The notes: generated from the letters alone by a model not told the origin. Shown: positions 46,749 through 55,657, numbered from the stretch's first letter. The stretch is DNA of 64,000 nt from Patescibacteria group bacterium (GCA_040384565.1 JAZKJC010000005.1:76796-140795); one strand, 5' to 3'. Numbers and translations: made by a program.

Positions 46749-47021
46749 ATGGACTTTGAATGGAACGATAGCAAAAGTGCCGAAAATGTAGCAAAGCACA
46801 GACTGTCATTCTACAAAGCCCAAGAAGCTTTTTTCGATGTTAAAAGAGTTATCTTGCTAGATAAGAAACACTCGTCGGAGGAAAAGAGATACTTTTGCAT
46901 TGGTAAAACGACCAACGGTGGCATTGCCACCGTTAGATTTACTATAAGAAATAGCCATATTCGTATCATTGGTGCAGGATATTGGCGGAAAGGAAAGAAA
47001 ATATATGAGCAACACAATTAA
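46749..47021 (+). CDS. brnT: BrnT-family ribonuclease toxin (DUF497)
   Basis: MDFEWNDSKSAENVAKHRLSFYKAQEAFFD...RFTIRNSHIRIIGAGYWRKG is typical of BrnT. Confidence 0.8.
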   Translation: MDFEWNDSKSAENVAKHRLSFYKAQEAFFDVKRVILLDKKHSSEEKRYFCIGKTTNGGIATVRFTIRNSHIRIIGAGYWRKGKKIYEQHN

Positions 47022-47259
47022 CTATACTGATGCGCCAGCGGACATAGAAGCGGCTTTGGATAATGTGACTATCACAAGTGATTTTCTACCATCACCAGAC
47101 GAACTCATTCGCAAGACAGAAAAAGAAAAGATCACCATAGCCATTGATAAACATAGCCTTGATTTATATAAGCGATACGCTAAGAAACATAATGCTAAGT
47201 ATCAAACCATGATAAATGGCGTACTTGGATCGTATGCGGACAAGTTTCTAAATAAATAA
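47005..47259 (+). CDS. brnA: BrnA-family antitoxin
   Basis: It overlaps the brnT 3' end. The sequence ...TITSDFLPSPDEL...ITIAIDKHSLDLYKRYAKKHNAKYQTMINGVL has a BrnA-type C-terminus. Confidence 0.75.
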   Translation: MSNTINYTDAPADIEAALDNVTITSDFLPSPDELIRKTEKEKITIAIDKHSLDLYKRYAKKHNAKYQTMINGVLGSYADKFLNK

Positions 47260-47353
47260 GAAATGCTTGTTTTCAGTATAATCACCTAAGCAAATTGTTT
47301 GAAGTAGTATAACTACGCAGTATGGTTATACTTTCGTTAACAATGCTGCACCA
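47251..47353 (+). repeat. 103-bp cassette-end element, copy R1
   Basis: It aligns without gaps to 49976-50078, with about 86 of 103 positions identical by hand count. Internally it is an imperfect palindrome (GCAAATTGTTTGAAGTAGTAT / ATACTTTCGTTAACAATGC). Confidence 0.75.
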
Positions 47354-47360
47354 TGTCAAG

Positions 47361-47385
47361 AGCCGACTTTTATGGTCGGCTTTTT
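47361..47385 (+). terminator. Rho-independent terminator after brnA/R1
   Basis: Hairpin AGCCGAC-TTTTATG-GTCGGCT followed by TTTT. Confidence 0.75.
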
Positions 47386-47431
47386 ACATGGTCTGAGATT
47401 TTAACCCTAGGTCTCTTCAAAAATAATTAAT

Positions 47432-47489
47432 AGGCCGAGCTTTCCTTGACCGCAGCGGTCAAGGGTCTAGAGTCCCTCCACCCGCACCA
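47432..47489 (+). repeat. Duplicated 3' end of tRNA-Gly (att-like direct repeat), interrupted by a hairpin insert
   Basis: GGGTCTAGAGTCCCTCCACCCGCACCA (47463-47489) matches tRNA-Gly 44479-44504 with one inserted base. AGGCCGAG (47432-47439) matches tRNA positions just upstream. The two matches are separated by a 23-nt insert containing the hairpin CTTGACC-GCAGC-GGTCAAG. Confidence 0.75.
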
Positions 47490-47548
47490 ATTTACTTATT
47501 CTAGAAGACTTCTCATTTGAGAGGTCTTTTTGATATGATTAAAACAAT

Positions 47549-48127
47549 ATGCGTGCACATACATTTAACGATCAGTGGCATACGATCTGGCCAAACACGA
47601 GTCCAATAGCCGAAGACTTACGAAAACAGTTGAAGTATTGGGTTCGGATGCACATGTTGCCTGACGCTAAAAGATATCCCGATACTGATGAAGAGCTACA
47701 GATGGTTATATCCCGACATACGCGGCTTCTAAATGCTTTAGGAAGTAAAGACTACTTGTATATTGTTACGGCCAATTGGACAGACGCTGCCATTGTTAGT
47801 TCGAAGCATAATCCTGGCTTCGTCCATGAAGGTTATTCAAACGAGCTCTGGTTGACCTTAGATGAAGATGTTGACGTCTTTCGTCACTTATATATCGGTC
47901 AGTCAGCATGGCCTTCAGAAGTCTTCTCTGATCTGCTAAGCCAAGTAGCTGATGACAAACTGGCAGGCGTCATAATTGCTCCGCCCAATGTTAGCTGGCT
48001 GTATCTACCATACGACGGAGGCGTTGACATCATTACACCGCTAGAGAGCCAACATGATAAGATCGTGAATGATTTTTCAGAATGGTTGGCTCCAGAATGG
48101 TCTGAACCTAAACTATTTAGAATGTGA
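47549..48127 (+). CDS. Hypothetical protein (192 aa)
   Basis: Clean ORF. No family recognised. Confidence 0.45.
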   Translation: MRAHTFNDQWHTIWPNTSPIAEDLRKQLKYWVRMHMLPDAKRYPDTDEELQMVISRHTRLLNALGSKDYLYIVTANWTDAAIVSSKHNPGFVHEGYSNELWLTLDEDVDVFRHLYIGQSAWPSEVFSDLLSQVADDKLAGVIIAPPNVSWLYLPYDGGVDIITPLESQHDKIVNDFSEWLAPEWSEPKLFRM

Positions 48128-48241
48128 GAATTACATTTTCTGACTTTGAATACAAGTTACAGCTTCAATAAAAATATTGCACCATTTCTATGTATAACAT
48201 GAAAATACCTCGAAAAGAGGTGTTTTTGCTATAGTGTGCAC

Positions 48242-48970
48242 ATGGAATTACAAATTCAGTGTTCGGGATATGCAATTGTTGCAGATTGGTACGAGGGTGC
48301 AGACGTTAATAAGATTTTAATCGTGTTACCTGGCTACAGCTCATCTAAAGCTAGACAGAAAGTTCATGCTGAGGCTATGGTTCAGGATACTGGCACTTGC
48401 GCTCTGGCTGTTGATTTTAGTGGCCATGGCAATAGTCCATTTGAGTTGCGAGACACACGGCCTGCTCAACATTTCCTGGAGCTTATTTACGTATTTGATT
48501 GGCTCAAAGAACAGCATCCTAACGCCACCATTTCGGTGTCTGGATCAAGCTATGGTGGTTTTTTAGCAGTGCAGCTTACTAAGTATCGTGAATTTGCCAA
48601 CCTAATCTTCCGTGCACCGGCTATCTATAAGCCTGACGCTTTCTATGATTTGTGGTCGGTTCGTATAGATAACGAACAGTCTTACGATAAAACTTTGCAT
48701 GAATACCGAAAAGACCCAAAAGCACTTGCAAAGCATCCACTGATTCGCAGGGCTTCAGTATTTACCGGAAAGACACTTGTAGTGGTGCATGAAAATGACG
48801 GGATAGTGCCTCGGCAGACAACGGATGCTTACATTAATGCATTTGACGCTGACAGCATTATGGCCAAAGGGTTTGCCCATACAATCGATGCCAATAATCT
48901 GAATGTAGGCCAGCTACAGGAATATCAAGATCATATTGCGAATTGGCTAAACAATACGACAGTCAAATAG
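48242..48970 (+). CDS. Alpha/beta-fold hydrolase
   Basis: Nucleophile elbow GSSYGG (GxSxG), preceded by an LPGYSS...DFSGHGNS block, with C-terminal D and H candidates (HENDG, AHT). Confidence 0.7.
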   Translation: MELQIQCSGYAIVADWYEGADVNKILIVLPGYSSSKARQKVHAEAMVQDTGTCALAVDFSGHGNSPFELRDTRPAQHFLELIYVFDWLKEQHPNATISVSGSSYGGFLAVQLTKYREFANLIFRAPAIYKPDAFYDLWSVRIDNEQSYDKTLHEYRKDPKALAKHPLIRRASVFTGKTLVVVHENDGIVPRQTTDAYINAFDADSIMAKGFAHTIDANNLNVGQLQEYQDHIANWLNNTTVK

Positions 48971-49041
48971 TAGGTGGTTAGAATCGCTATACTTTGATCA
49001 ACAATGCTACACACAATTTAGACGCAAACGACTTTGATACC

Positions 49042-49163
49042 TGACCCACACTCACTTTTTCGCTCTCAAGGGCGCTTCACTCAGTGTAAATTTGCTTGAA
49101 ACCAAATTTACTCTGGTTGCACTCAGCAATAACCCCATCGATCGAAAAAGTGAGTGTGGATCA
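49042..49163. other. 122-nt element bounded by 21-bp inverted repeats (MITE-like or structured RNA)
   Basis: TGACCCACACTCACTTTTTCG (49042-49062) pairs with CGAAAAAGTGAGTGTGGATCA (49143-49163) with one mismatch. An internal perfect 9-bp hairpin is GTAAATTTG (49086-49094) / CAAATTTAC (49103-49111). Confidence 0.6.
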
Positions 49164-49260
49164 GCTTTGAGGTAGTATAGTTTTAAACATTCGAGTACAT
49201 TAATGCTTTTTTGTAAGTTTGATTATTTGCAGAGTCCACTTAGTCCTATAGACTAAGTTT

Positions 49261-49506
49261 ATGAATGTAATCAATGTGCACGATGCAAAAACGAATTTTT
49301 CCAAACTTCTCGCAAGAGCTGCCCAAGGCGAGCGTATCATAATAGGCAAGGCTGGCAAACCTGTTGCCCGCTTAGAGCCGTTTTCAAATACTAAAGCCGT
49401 ACATCGACACTTTAAGGGTGGTGGGTTGCGTTTGCAAGAGCAAGCAGGACGTCCGTTGACACCAGAATATATCAATGAGCTTGCTGCTAGTAAATACGAT
49501 GACTAG
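49261..49506 (+). CDS. Phd/YefM-type antitoxin
   Basis: MNVINVHDAKTNFSKLLARAAQGERIIIGKAGKPVARLEPF is the typical prevent-host-death N-terminus. Confidence 0.8.
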   Translation: MNVINVHDAKTNFSKLLARAAQGERIIIGKAGKPVARLEPFSNTKAVHRHFKGGGLRLQEQAGRPLTPEYINELAASKYDD

Positions 49507-49921
49507 CGCCCAAGTATTCCTAGATGTTAATGCGTTGATATATGCACTTGATGAGACAAGTGAGCAGTATACTGATGCCGTCAATATCATACAGAAGTTG
49601 CTAGATAACGATGTAACGCTCTGCACTTCACACCATGTTATCGCAGAGGTTATACATGTAGCCCGTAAGATTAGTGGGACGAGCGCTACTGAAGTTGTAA
49701 GGGAAATTAGCAAAATACCCGATTTAGTACTTGTTGAGCCAGATGCGGTCTTGGCCTTTGCCAAGCGTTATGCAGCACTGAGCGATAAACTTCGTATGGG
49801 TGTGAATGACGCGCTTTTACTACAGCTTATGATTGACGCAGGTATTCCCCAACTGCTTAGTTATGATAAGCGGCTCGCTAACCGAGCGACCAGTTTAGGC
49901 ATCAAGCAGGTTGCCCGATAA
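49499..49921 (+). CDS. vapC: PIN-domain toxin (VapC-like)
   Basis: The ATG overlaps the antitoxin stop (ATGACTAG). It reads FLDVNALIYALDE, with further acidic residues conserved, and is about 140 aa long. Confidence 0.7.
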   Translation: MTSAQVFLDVNALIYALDETSEQYTDAVNIIQKLLDNDVTLCTSHHVIAEVIHVARKISGTSATEVVREISKIPDLVLVEPDAVLAFAKRYAALSDKLRMGVNDALLLQLMIDAGIPQLLSYDKRLANRATSLGIKQVAR

Positions 49922-49975
49922 ATTAAACAACTTAACCAGATACTTTAGTTTATAACCATCAACATTGCTGGAGTG

Positions 49976-50078
49976 AATAAATAAGAAATGCTTGCCCTTG
50001 GCGTAATCACTTAGGCAAATTGCTTGAAGTATTAAAATTACGCAGCAGGGTCATACTTTCGTTAATAATGCTGCACCA
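49976..50078 (+). repeat. 103-bp cassette-end element, copy R2
   Basis: See 47251-47353. The core ATACTTTCGTTAATAATGCTGCACCA is shared. A partial third copy of the core lies at 48988-49014. Confidence 0.75.
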
Positions 50079-50115
50079 GATCAATGTTTAGAAATAATCT
50101 GCTGTAAGGCGTATA

Positions 50116-50817
50116 GTGAGCATCGTGGTTAGATTTATACTCATTGTGCTTTTGGTTTGCTTAGCTGTCTTTGCGCTATTAATGCTATTGGATGCTATAC
50201 GGAAGCCAATAAAACACAAAGCTCTGTGGATCGTCATAGTTCTGATGGGTACAATTGGGCAGCTTTTATATTACTTCGTTGGGAGTAAGCAACGCACCGA
50301 CAACGCTGCTCCCCATAAACGTTACCTGCCAGTGGGCGCATTAGTAGCAATAATTGTTGCTCTATTTGGTATTGGGGTTTTTGGGCCCGCTGTTGTTGGG
50401 CTTAAGTCTTATCAAATGGACGGTCCATCTATGGAACCAACTTATCATGATGGCGACCGACTTATTACATGGAGTAATTTCTTGAATCCAAAGCCCGGTG
50501 ATGTGGTGATGGTCCGTGTTGGCACAGTTGCAGGAGGAAACAGACTACTTATTAAGCGAATTATTGCCACCAGTGGGGAACGCGTCGTAATTAAAGACGG
50601 TACTCTTACCATTTTTAACGATTCTTCAACAGAGGGCTTTTCGCCTGATAGTTCGTTTGGCTTAGACAACATTCGCACCTCTGCCACTGCCGATCTAGTC
50701 GTGCCAGAGGGTACGGTTTACGTTTTAGGCGATAATCGCGCTAATTCATTAGACTCGCGAAGTTTTGGACCAGTTGAGATAAGTAATATTGCAGGCAAAG
50801 TACTGTTTACATATTGA
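50116..50817 (+). CDS. lepB: Signal peptidase I with extra N-terminal membrane domain
   Basis: S26 motifs GPSMEPTY (catalytic Ser), LIKRIIATSGERV (catalytic Lys) and GDNRANSLDSRSFGPV. GTG start. Confidence 0.85.
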   Translation: MSIVVRFILIVLLVCLAVFALLMLLDAIRKPIKHKALWIVIVLMGTIGQLLYYFVGSKQRTDNAAPHKRYLPVGALVAIIVALFGIGVFGPAVVGLKSYQMDGPSMEPTYHDGDRLITWSNFLNPKPGDVVMVRVGTVAGGNRLLIKRIIATSGERVVIKDGTLTIFNDSSTEGFSPDSSFGLDNIRTSATADLVVPEGTVYVLGDNRANSLDSRSFGPVEISNIAGKVLFTY

Positions 50818-50959
50818 ACCTTGATATATTTACAGCACCAACTCAACTCAGACCTATTTAAAATAATGTAAATTCTAAGGCTGGCTCAGTTTGCTTGTCC
50901 TTAAGTATGTACAACCGCTGCTTGCCGTGCCATACTGAAACCATTAAAGCGTAAGGGTT

Positions 50960-51913
50960 ATGAAGAAAAATCCGAGCAATTGGTTCTATTATGGCCTTGT
51001 TTTTGCTGCGTGGGCTGTATATATGCTGTTTACTTTAGCGTCACCTGAGCAAAGTTCCAGCCAAGTCAAGCTTAGCCCCATAGCAATTCTGGCGTTAAGA
51101 GCAACACTGCTTGTGCCATATATGCTAACATGGCTGGTTGCAGTGACTGGCTGGTATTACTTCCATATGTTCGCAACTGATGCGAAGCGCAAACACCTGG
51201 CTAACCACTACGCTTTTCGTTTTATATCAAGAGGGCTTGGGTTGTTGATTTTTGACCTAGTAGGGGTGCCAATGATTAGTGCTGCTCGCACATTTTGGGC
51301 CCAAAACCTCCAGGCTGCCGAATGGCTAACCATTATTAGCAATTATTTTCATATTATTATTCCGCTATTAGCTTTTAGTTACCTATACGTTGGTACGCGC
51401 AAACTTGTTTTGAGCAGTCATTATGCTGCCAGCCTGAAGAATAATATACTGCCTTCACTTATTGCTACAACAATTTTTATTTCCTTTTTCTCAATAGCAT
51501 TATTTGGTAACACGTCTCGTCAAATGATTTCTGAAACTGGACGCTTTGCCAGCTATTATGTATCCGATACTCTTATAGTTTTAACAATTATTATACCGCT
51601 ATCAATAACTTGGCTATTGGGTATCCAAGCAGCTCTTAATACCGAAAGATACGTACATTCGCTTACTCTCATTTGGCGTTCTGCTTTCATCCGGTTTTTC
51701 CATGGTCTTTTGGCGATTATTGGCAGCTCGATCATCCTACAGGGCATCACAGCTTTTGGGAGTGAACAGCTGCAACAGGTCAATCTGCTACTTATATTAC
51801 TGGTTATATACATGTTTATTATAATCCAGGCCGTTGGGTATCTCTTGATCAGATCAAGTGCCAAACAACTTCACAAATTGTTATTAGCCGGGGTAGCTCA
51901 TGAGGCTCATTGA
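50960..51913 (+). CDS. Hypothetical polytopic membrane protein (317 aa)
   Basis: It has about eight hydrophobic segments. Its 3' end overlaps the histidine kinase start by 14 nt. Confidence 0.55.
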   Translation: MKKNPSNWFYYGLVFAAWAVYMLFTLASPEQSSSQVKLSPIAILALRATLLVPYMLTWLVAVTGWYYFHMFATDAKRKHLANHYAFRFISRGLGLLIFDLVGVPMISAARTFWAQNLQAAEWLTIISNYFHIIIPLLAFSYLYVGTRKLVLSSHYAASLKNNILPSLIATTIFISFFSIALFGNTSRQMISETGRFASYYVSDTLIVLTIIIPLSITWLLGIQAALNTERYVHSLTLIWRSAFIRFFHGLLAIIGSSIILQGITAFGSEQLQQVNLLLILLVIYMFIIIQAVGYLLIRSSAKQLHKLLLAGVAHEAH

Positions 51914-53675
51914 AAAAATAATTCTGCTGTTTTTAGGAATTTCATTACTGCCTCTACTAATATTGAGCTTTTTGTTTTACTCAAGTGTCAGCAATACACT
52001 GGAGAAGCAAACCAAAGACCAGTTGAACAGTATCGCTACAATTCAAAAAAGCCGTCTTATAAATATTCGATCCCAGAATCTTAAACGATTAGCTGATTTT
52101 ACTAGCCGCATGCAACTGAGGACGGTTTTACAAGCTTATAACCAAACCAGTGATAAAAGTAAAGCCAATCAAATCCTTGCCATTATCAACGACGCCAAGA
52201 ATATTGGACGTGATATCCAGGATATTTATATTATGGATACAAACGGCAAAGTACTAGTATCAACTCAAAATGACCCCATGCAAAACATAATGATGTCGGC
52301 TCAGCTTTTTAAGCTTGGCAAGTCAGGTAACTCTATAAAAATAGCTAGTAGACCAGACACCAAAAAAGCGGTTTTTTATTTAAGTGGACCTTTGATGCTC
52401 TCCGGTCAACAATTAGGTGTGGTTGGCATTGAGGTGAATGCTGACGAAATATTGGAAATTGTGGCAGACCATACCGGCCTTGGTGAAACAGGTGAAATTG
52501 CCTTGGGACAGCGCCTAGAAAATGGGCAGGTTGCATATATCGCACCGCTGCGTTTTGATGAGCAGGCAACAAATCGTGTCATTAATGATCCTGCCTTACC
52601 AGTATATAGGGCACTTACGGGCGAAGAATATGTGTTCACAGATATAAAAGATTACCGCAACCATGATGTGATTGCTGCGACGCGCTACATAGAAGATAGC
52701 CAATGGGGTTTAGTGGCTAAAATTGACCGTTCGGAAGCATTCTTGCCCTTGAAGCGTTTGCGCAGCGAATTCGTGTTGCTTACTTTTATTAATTCAGTTG
52801 TGGTGGTATTTGCGGCGATTGCCCTAGCGCGCAGGGTTACCCAGCCGATATTAGATATTGATGAAGTGGCCGAACAAACCAGCCGAGGTAACCTGAAAAA
52901 GCGGGTTGCCAACGCTCCTAATGACGAAATTGGGAACCTAGCAGGCACATTCAATGTGATGCTGGATAGCCTGGAAGAACTGGATAAAGCCAAGAATGAC
53001 TTTGTGTCCTTAGCGTCCCACCAACTGCGTACGCCACTAACCGCCACAAAATGGACGTCAGAAGAACTGTTGACACCAGGGGAAAACCTAAGCGAGACCC
53101 GCAAAGCACACTACCTGCGCCAGATACACGCCTCTAACGAAAGAATGATCCGGTTAGTCAATGAGCTGTTGGATGCTTCAAAAATTGGGTTTGGGACATT
53201 GCCAGAGAAACTAGAAATTGTGCGGATAGAGGAAGTGCTGAAACATGTACTACACGACATCGCCTTAGAAATCCAGGGGCAACAGATCAAAATTACCAAA
53301 AAGATAGAAAAGAATCTGCCACCAACCTATATTGACCGTACATGGGTTCAAGTTATCTTGCAAAACCTGATTTCTAACGCCACCAAATATAGCAAACCCG
53401 GCCAACCCGTGGCTATTACGGTGAAGCGTCAGGACAACGACATCCTGGTTGAGGTCAAAGACAAAGGTTATGGCATCCCCGCTTCCCAGCAAGGCAAAAT
53501 TTTTACCAAGTTGTTTAGGGCAGATAATGCCCAGCAATTAGTAAGTGATGGGTCTGGGCTTGGCCTGTATATCAGCAAGGCATTAGCAGAACAGGCAGGC
53601 GGTAAAATTTGGTTTGAATCGGTAGAAAACAAGGGCACATCGTTCTATGTTAAACTGCCAATTAGGCAACAATAA
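51900..53675 (+). CDS. Sensor histidine kinase (extracellular sensor, HAMP, HisKA, HATPase_c)
   Basis: Two TM segments flank a sensor domain of roughly 260 aa. It has a HAMP region, the H-box SHQLRTPL, an N-box NLISNATKY, and G-boxes DKGYGIP and GSGLGLYI. Confidence 0.9.
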   Translation: MRLIEKIILLFLGISLLPLLILSFLFYSSVSNTLEKQTKDQLNSIATIQKSRLINIRSQNLKRLADFTSRMQLRTVLQAYNQTSDKSKANQILAIINDAKNIGRDIQDIYIMDTNGKVLVSTQNDPMQNIMMSAQLFKLGKSGNSIKIASRPDTKKAVFYLSGPLMLSGQQLGVVGIEVNADEILEIVADHTGLGETGEIALGQRLENGQVAYIAPLRFDEQATNRVINDPALPVYRALTGEEYVFTDIKDYRNHDVIAATRYIEDSQWGLVAKIDRSEAFLPLKRLRSEFVLLTFINSVVVVFAAIALARRVTQPILDIDEVAEQTSRGNLKKRVANAPNDEIGNLAGTFNVMLDSLEELDKAKNDFVSLASHQLRTPLTATKWTSEELLTPGENLSETRKAHYLRQIHASNERMIRLVNELLDASKIGFGTLPEKLEIVRIEEVLKHVLHDIALEIQGQQIKITKKIEKNLPPTYIDRTWVQVILQNLISNATKYSKPGQPVAITVKRQDNDILVEVKDKGYGIPASQQGKIFTKLFRADNAQQLVSDGSGLGLYISKALAEQAGGKIWFESVENKGTSFYVKLPIRQQ

Positions 53676-53698
53676 AACTAATTAAGGAAGCAAATACT

Positions 53699-54094
53699 AT
53701 GAGAGAAGAGCCTTATAAAATCCTAATTGTGGAAGACGAGGAGGCACTATCTGATGTTTTGGTAGAAAGGTTCCAGAACGAGGGGTTTAACGTTATAAAA
53801 GCGCAGGACGGTGAGCAAGCTCTGACAATGGCCTTGGCTGAACAACCAGACCTCATACTACTAGATATAGTTATGCCCAAAATGAGCGGACTGGAAATGT
53901 TAGAAAAACTGCGCGCGGATGAACGCGGCAAGGAAATCATGGTGATGATGCTAACAAACTTAAGTGACAACGAAAGTGTCCAGAAAGCGGTTGCCAGCAA
54001 CGCTGTCCATATTCTTGTAAAATCGGATTGGGATATTAGTTCAATCGTTCAAGACGTCCGTGACAAGTTGGCAAACTTGCCTAAAAAAGCATAG
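53699..54094 (+). CDS. Single-domain response regulator (receiver only)
   Basis: KILIVEDE, phospho-acceptor context LILLDIVMP, LTN, and K in ILVKS. There is no output domain. Confidence 0.85.
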   Translation: MREEPYKILIVEDEEALSDVLVERFQNEGFNVIKAQDGEQALTMALAEQPDLILLDIVMPKMSGLEMLEKLRADERGKEIMVMMLTNLSDNESVQKAVASNAVHILVKSDWDISSIVQDVRDKLANLPKKA

Positions 54095-54106
54095 ACTTGC
54101 TTGATT

Positions 54107-54640
54107 TTAGTTGCTGATTACCTCGTAAGTAAGTAGCAACGTGCCCTGAGTATTTAGGCGCTCATGTTTGATCAGCTCTAGCTTTACGTCAACGGGCAAA
54201 TCCGATAGTAGTGGTTTGCCTTGACCGAATAGGCGGGGTTCAACAGTGACATATAATTTGCTTATTAGCTTAGCTGCTAAAAAGTCACTTATCATTTGTG
54301 GACCGCCCACTATTAGTAATTTATTATGGCCCTGGGATTCCAATCGATCAACTAACTGGCCTGGTGTTTCCATGCTGAATTCCAGTTTTCCTGGCATACT
54401 TTCCAGCTCATAGCTGGGTGCTTTGGAGGTTAATACGATGCGTAACAAATCAGCTCTATGGTTTAGCGATCCCTTAATAACCTTGTATGTGCCACTGCCC
54501 ATAACAACAATTCCATACTCTGCCATGAGTGCGTAAAAATGTTGCTGCTCCTCTGATGAAGCCAATTCTTTAGAGCCAGATTTATCATGACGCGTGAGCT
54601 TGCCGTCCAGCGACATTACTACCGCAACAGAAACCTCCAC
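54107..54640 (-). CDS. RibD C-terminal domain / dihydrofolate-reductase-like reductase
   Basis: VAVVMSLDGKLT..., GSGTY, LLIVGGPQMISDFLAAKLISKLYVTVEPRLFG is the typical RibD_C pattern. Confidence 0.7.
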   Translation of the reverse strand: MEVSVAVVMSLDGKLTRHDKSGSKELASSEEQQHFYALMAEYGIVVMGSGTYKVIKGSLNHRADLLRIVLTSKAPSYELESMPGKLEFSMETPGQLVDRLESQGHNKLLIVGGPQMISDFLAAKLISKLYVTVEPRLFGQGKPLLSDLPVDVKLELIKHERLNTQGTLLLTYEVISN

Positions 54641-54642
54641 TT

Positions 54643-55293
54643 CTATTTACCTTTTTTGAGCCAGTTGACACCCAGGTATACAAAAGGTGTTTCAATCACT
54701 GACATAGCGCACTTGAGTAGCCAATAGGGAACGATAAGGCTTATTAAAAACCCGACGTTAGCTTCAAACGGCCGGGCAAAATTGTAAAACGCCAGACTAA
54801 TGAAGAGAATTGTGTCGAGTAGCTGGGCTGCAAAATTGGAAGCGTTATTACGCAGCCAAAGGGCTTTTTTGCCTAAACGTTCCCGGATTTTGGCAAAAAT
54901 AAATATGTCTGTAAATTGCGCCAAGCCAAATGCAATCAAACTGGCTCCGGAAATCCGCATCGATGACTGAAAAATTTTGTCATAAGCTGATTCTGTGCCG
55001 CCAAATCTTGCGGAAGGCGGCAATGCCGTAGCTAGAGCCGCGAACACAAACGTGAAGAACACCACCATTAGCCCGGTTTGCATCATGTTGCGGGCCCGTT
55101 CTTTGCCGTAGACCTCAATGACGATGTCGTTGATAGAAAACACAATCGGGAAGAGAAATATCGCCACGCTGGCATTGAGGTGCATCCAGCTAAAGTTGGT
55201 TAATGGGAACGTTTTCGCGCCCATAAGCTCAGTCGCAACGATGCAAAAAATATAAATAGCAAACAGGAAATCTAATTTGTGAACTGCTTTCAT
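54643..55293 (-). CDS. yhhQ: Queuosine-precursor transporter (YhhQ/VUT family)
   Basis: Polytopic membrane protein with FP..FSINDIVIEVYGKERA and FAAQLLDT..F motifs, characteristic of YhhQ. Confidence 0.75.
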   Translation of the reverse strand: MKAVHKLDFLFAIYIFCIVATELMGAKTFPLTNFSWMHLNASVAIFLFPIVFSINDIVIEVYGKERARNMMQTGLMVVFFTFVFAALATALPPSARFGGTESAYDKIFQSSMRISGASLIAFGLAQFTDIFIFAKIRERLGKKALWLRNNASNFAAQLLDTILFISLAFYNFARPFEANVGFLISLIVPYWLLKCAMSVIETPFVYLGVNWLKKGK

Positions 55294-55500
55294 GTAAAAC
55301 CTCCGGTAAATTTATTAGAAATTAGGAAAAATAACTATTGGACGGTGTGAGGCGAATAATTGTTGAGAACATCTACACGCTCGTTCATAATGATTGCTCG
55401 CTCATAATAACTAGAGTATATGTGCCATTTAGCAAAACATCAAAACAAAACTGATTATATATACCCATCAGAAACTACTTTCCGGCTTTTTGGCTTGCCC

Positions 55501-55581
55501 TTTCCGGCCAGAAGTTCCCGAAATTTGATAACCATACCCCCGGGTATGCTGATAAAATTTCAAAAACTTCTGGCCAGGAAA
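55501..55581. other. 81-bp near-perfect palindrome (rod-like hairpin)
   Basis: The left arm TTTCCGGCCAGAAGTT...GAAATTT...CATACCC pairs with the right arm GGGTATG...AAATTTC...AACTTCTGGCCAGGAAA. That gives stems of about 15, 7 and 7 bp separated by symmetric internal loops. Confidence 0.6.
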
Positions 55582-55657
55582 TCCTCAACCCAAAAAACCG
55601 AAAACCAATTTCTGTTGGGTATAATCTCCTATCTGTTAGAATAGTAGTGTTTTAGAT

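Noticed and set aside
44429-50115. Calling the tRNA-Gly-linked region an intact mobile element, prophage or integron
   Set aside because: I found no integrase, transposase, recombinase or phage structural gene in any frame. Only the repeat scars and cassette-like layout are visible, so it is reported as a hypothesis only.
55294-55420. Possible preQ1 riboswitch in the yhhQ leader
   Set aside because: The minus-strand leader lacks the preQ1-I features (a short P1 helix followed by an A-rich tail ending ...AAAAAACUA...GG). I saw only a plain GGAGG ribosome-binding site.
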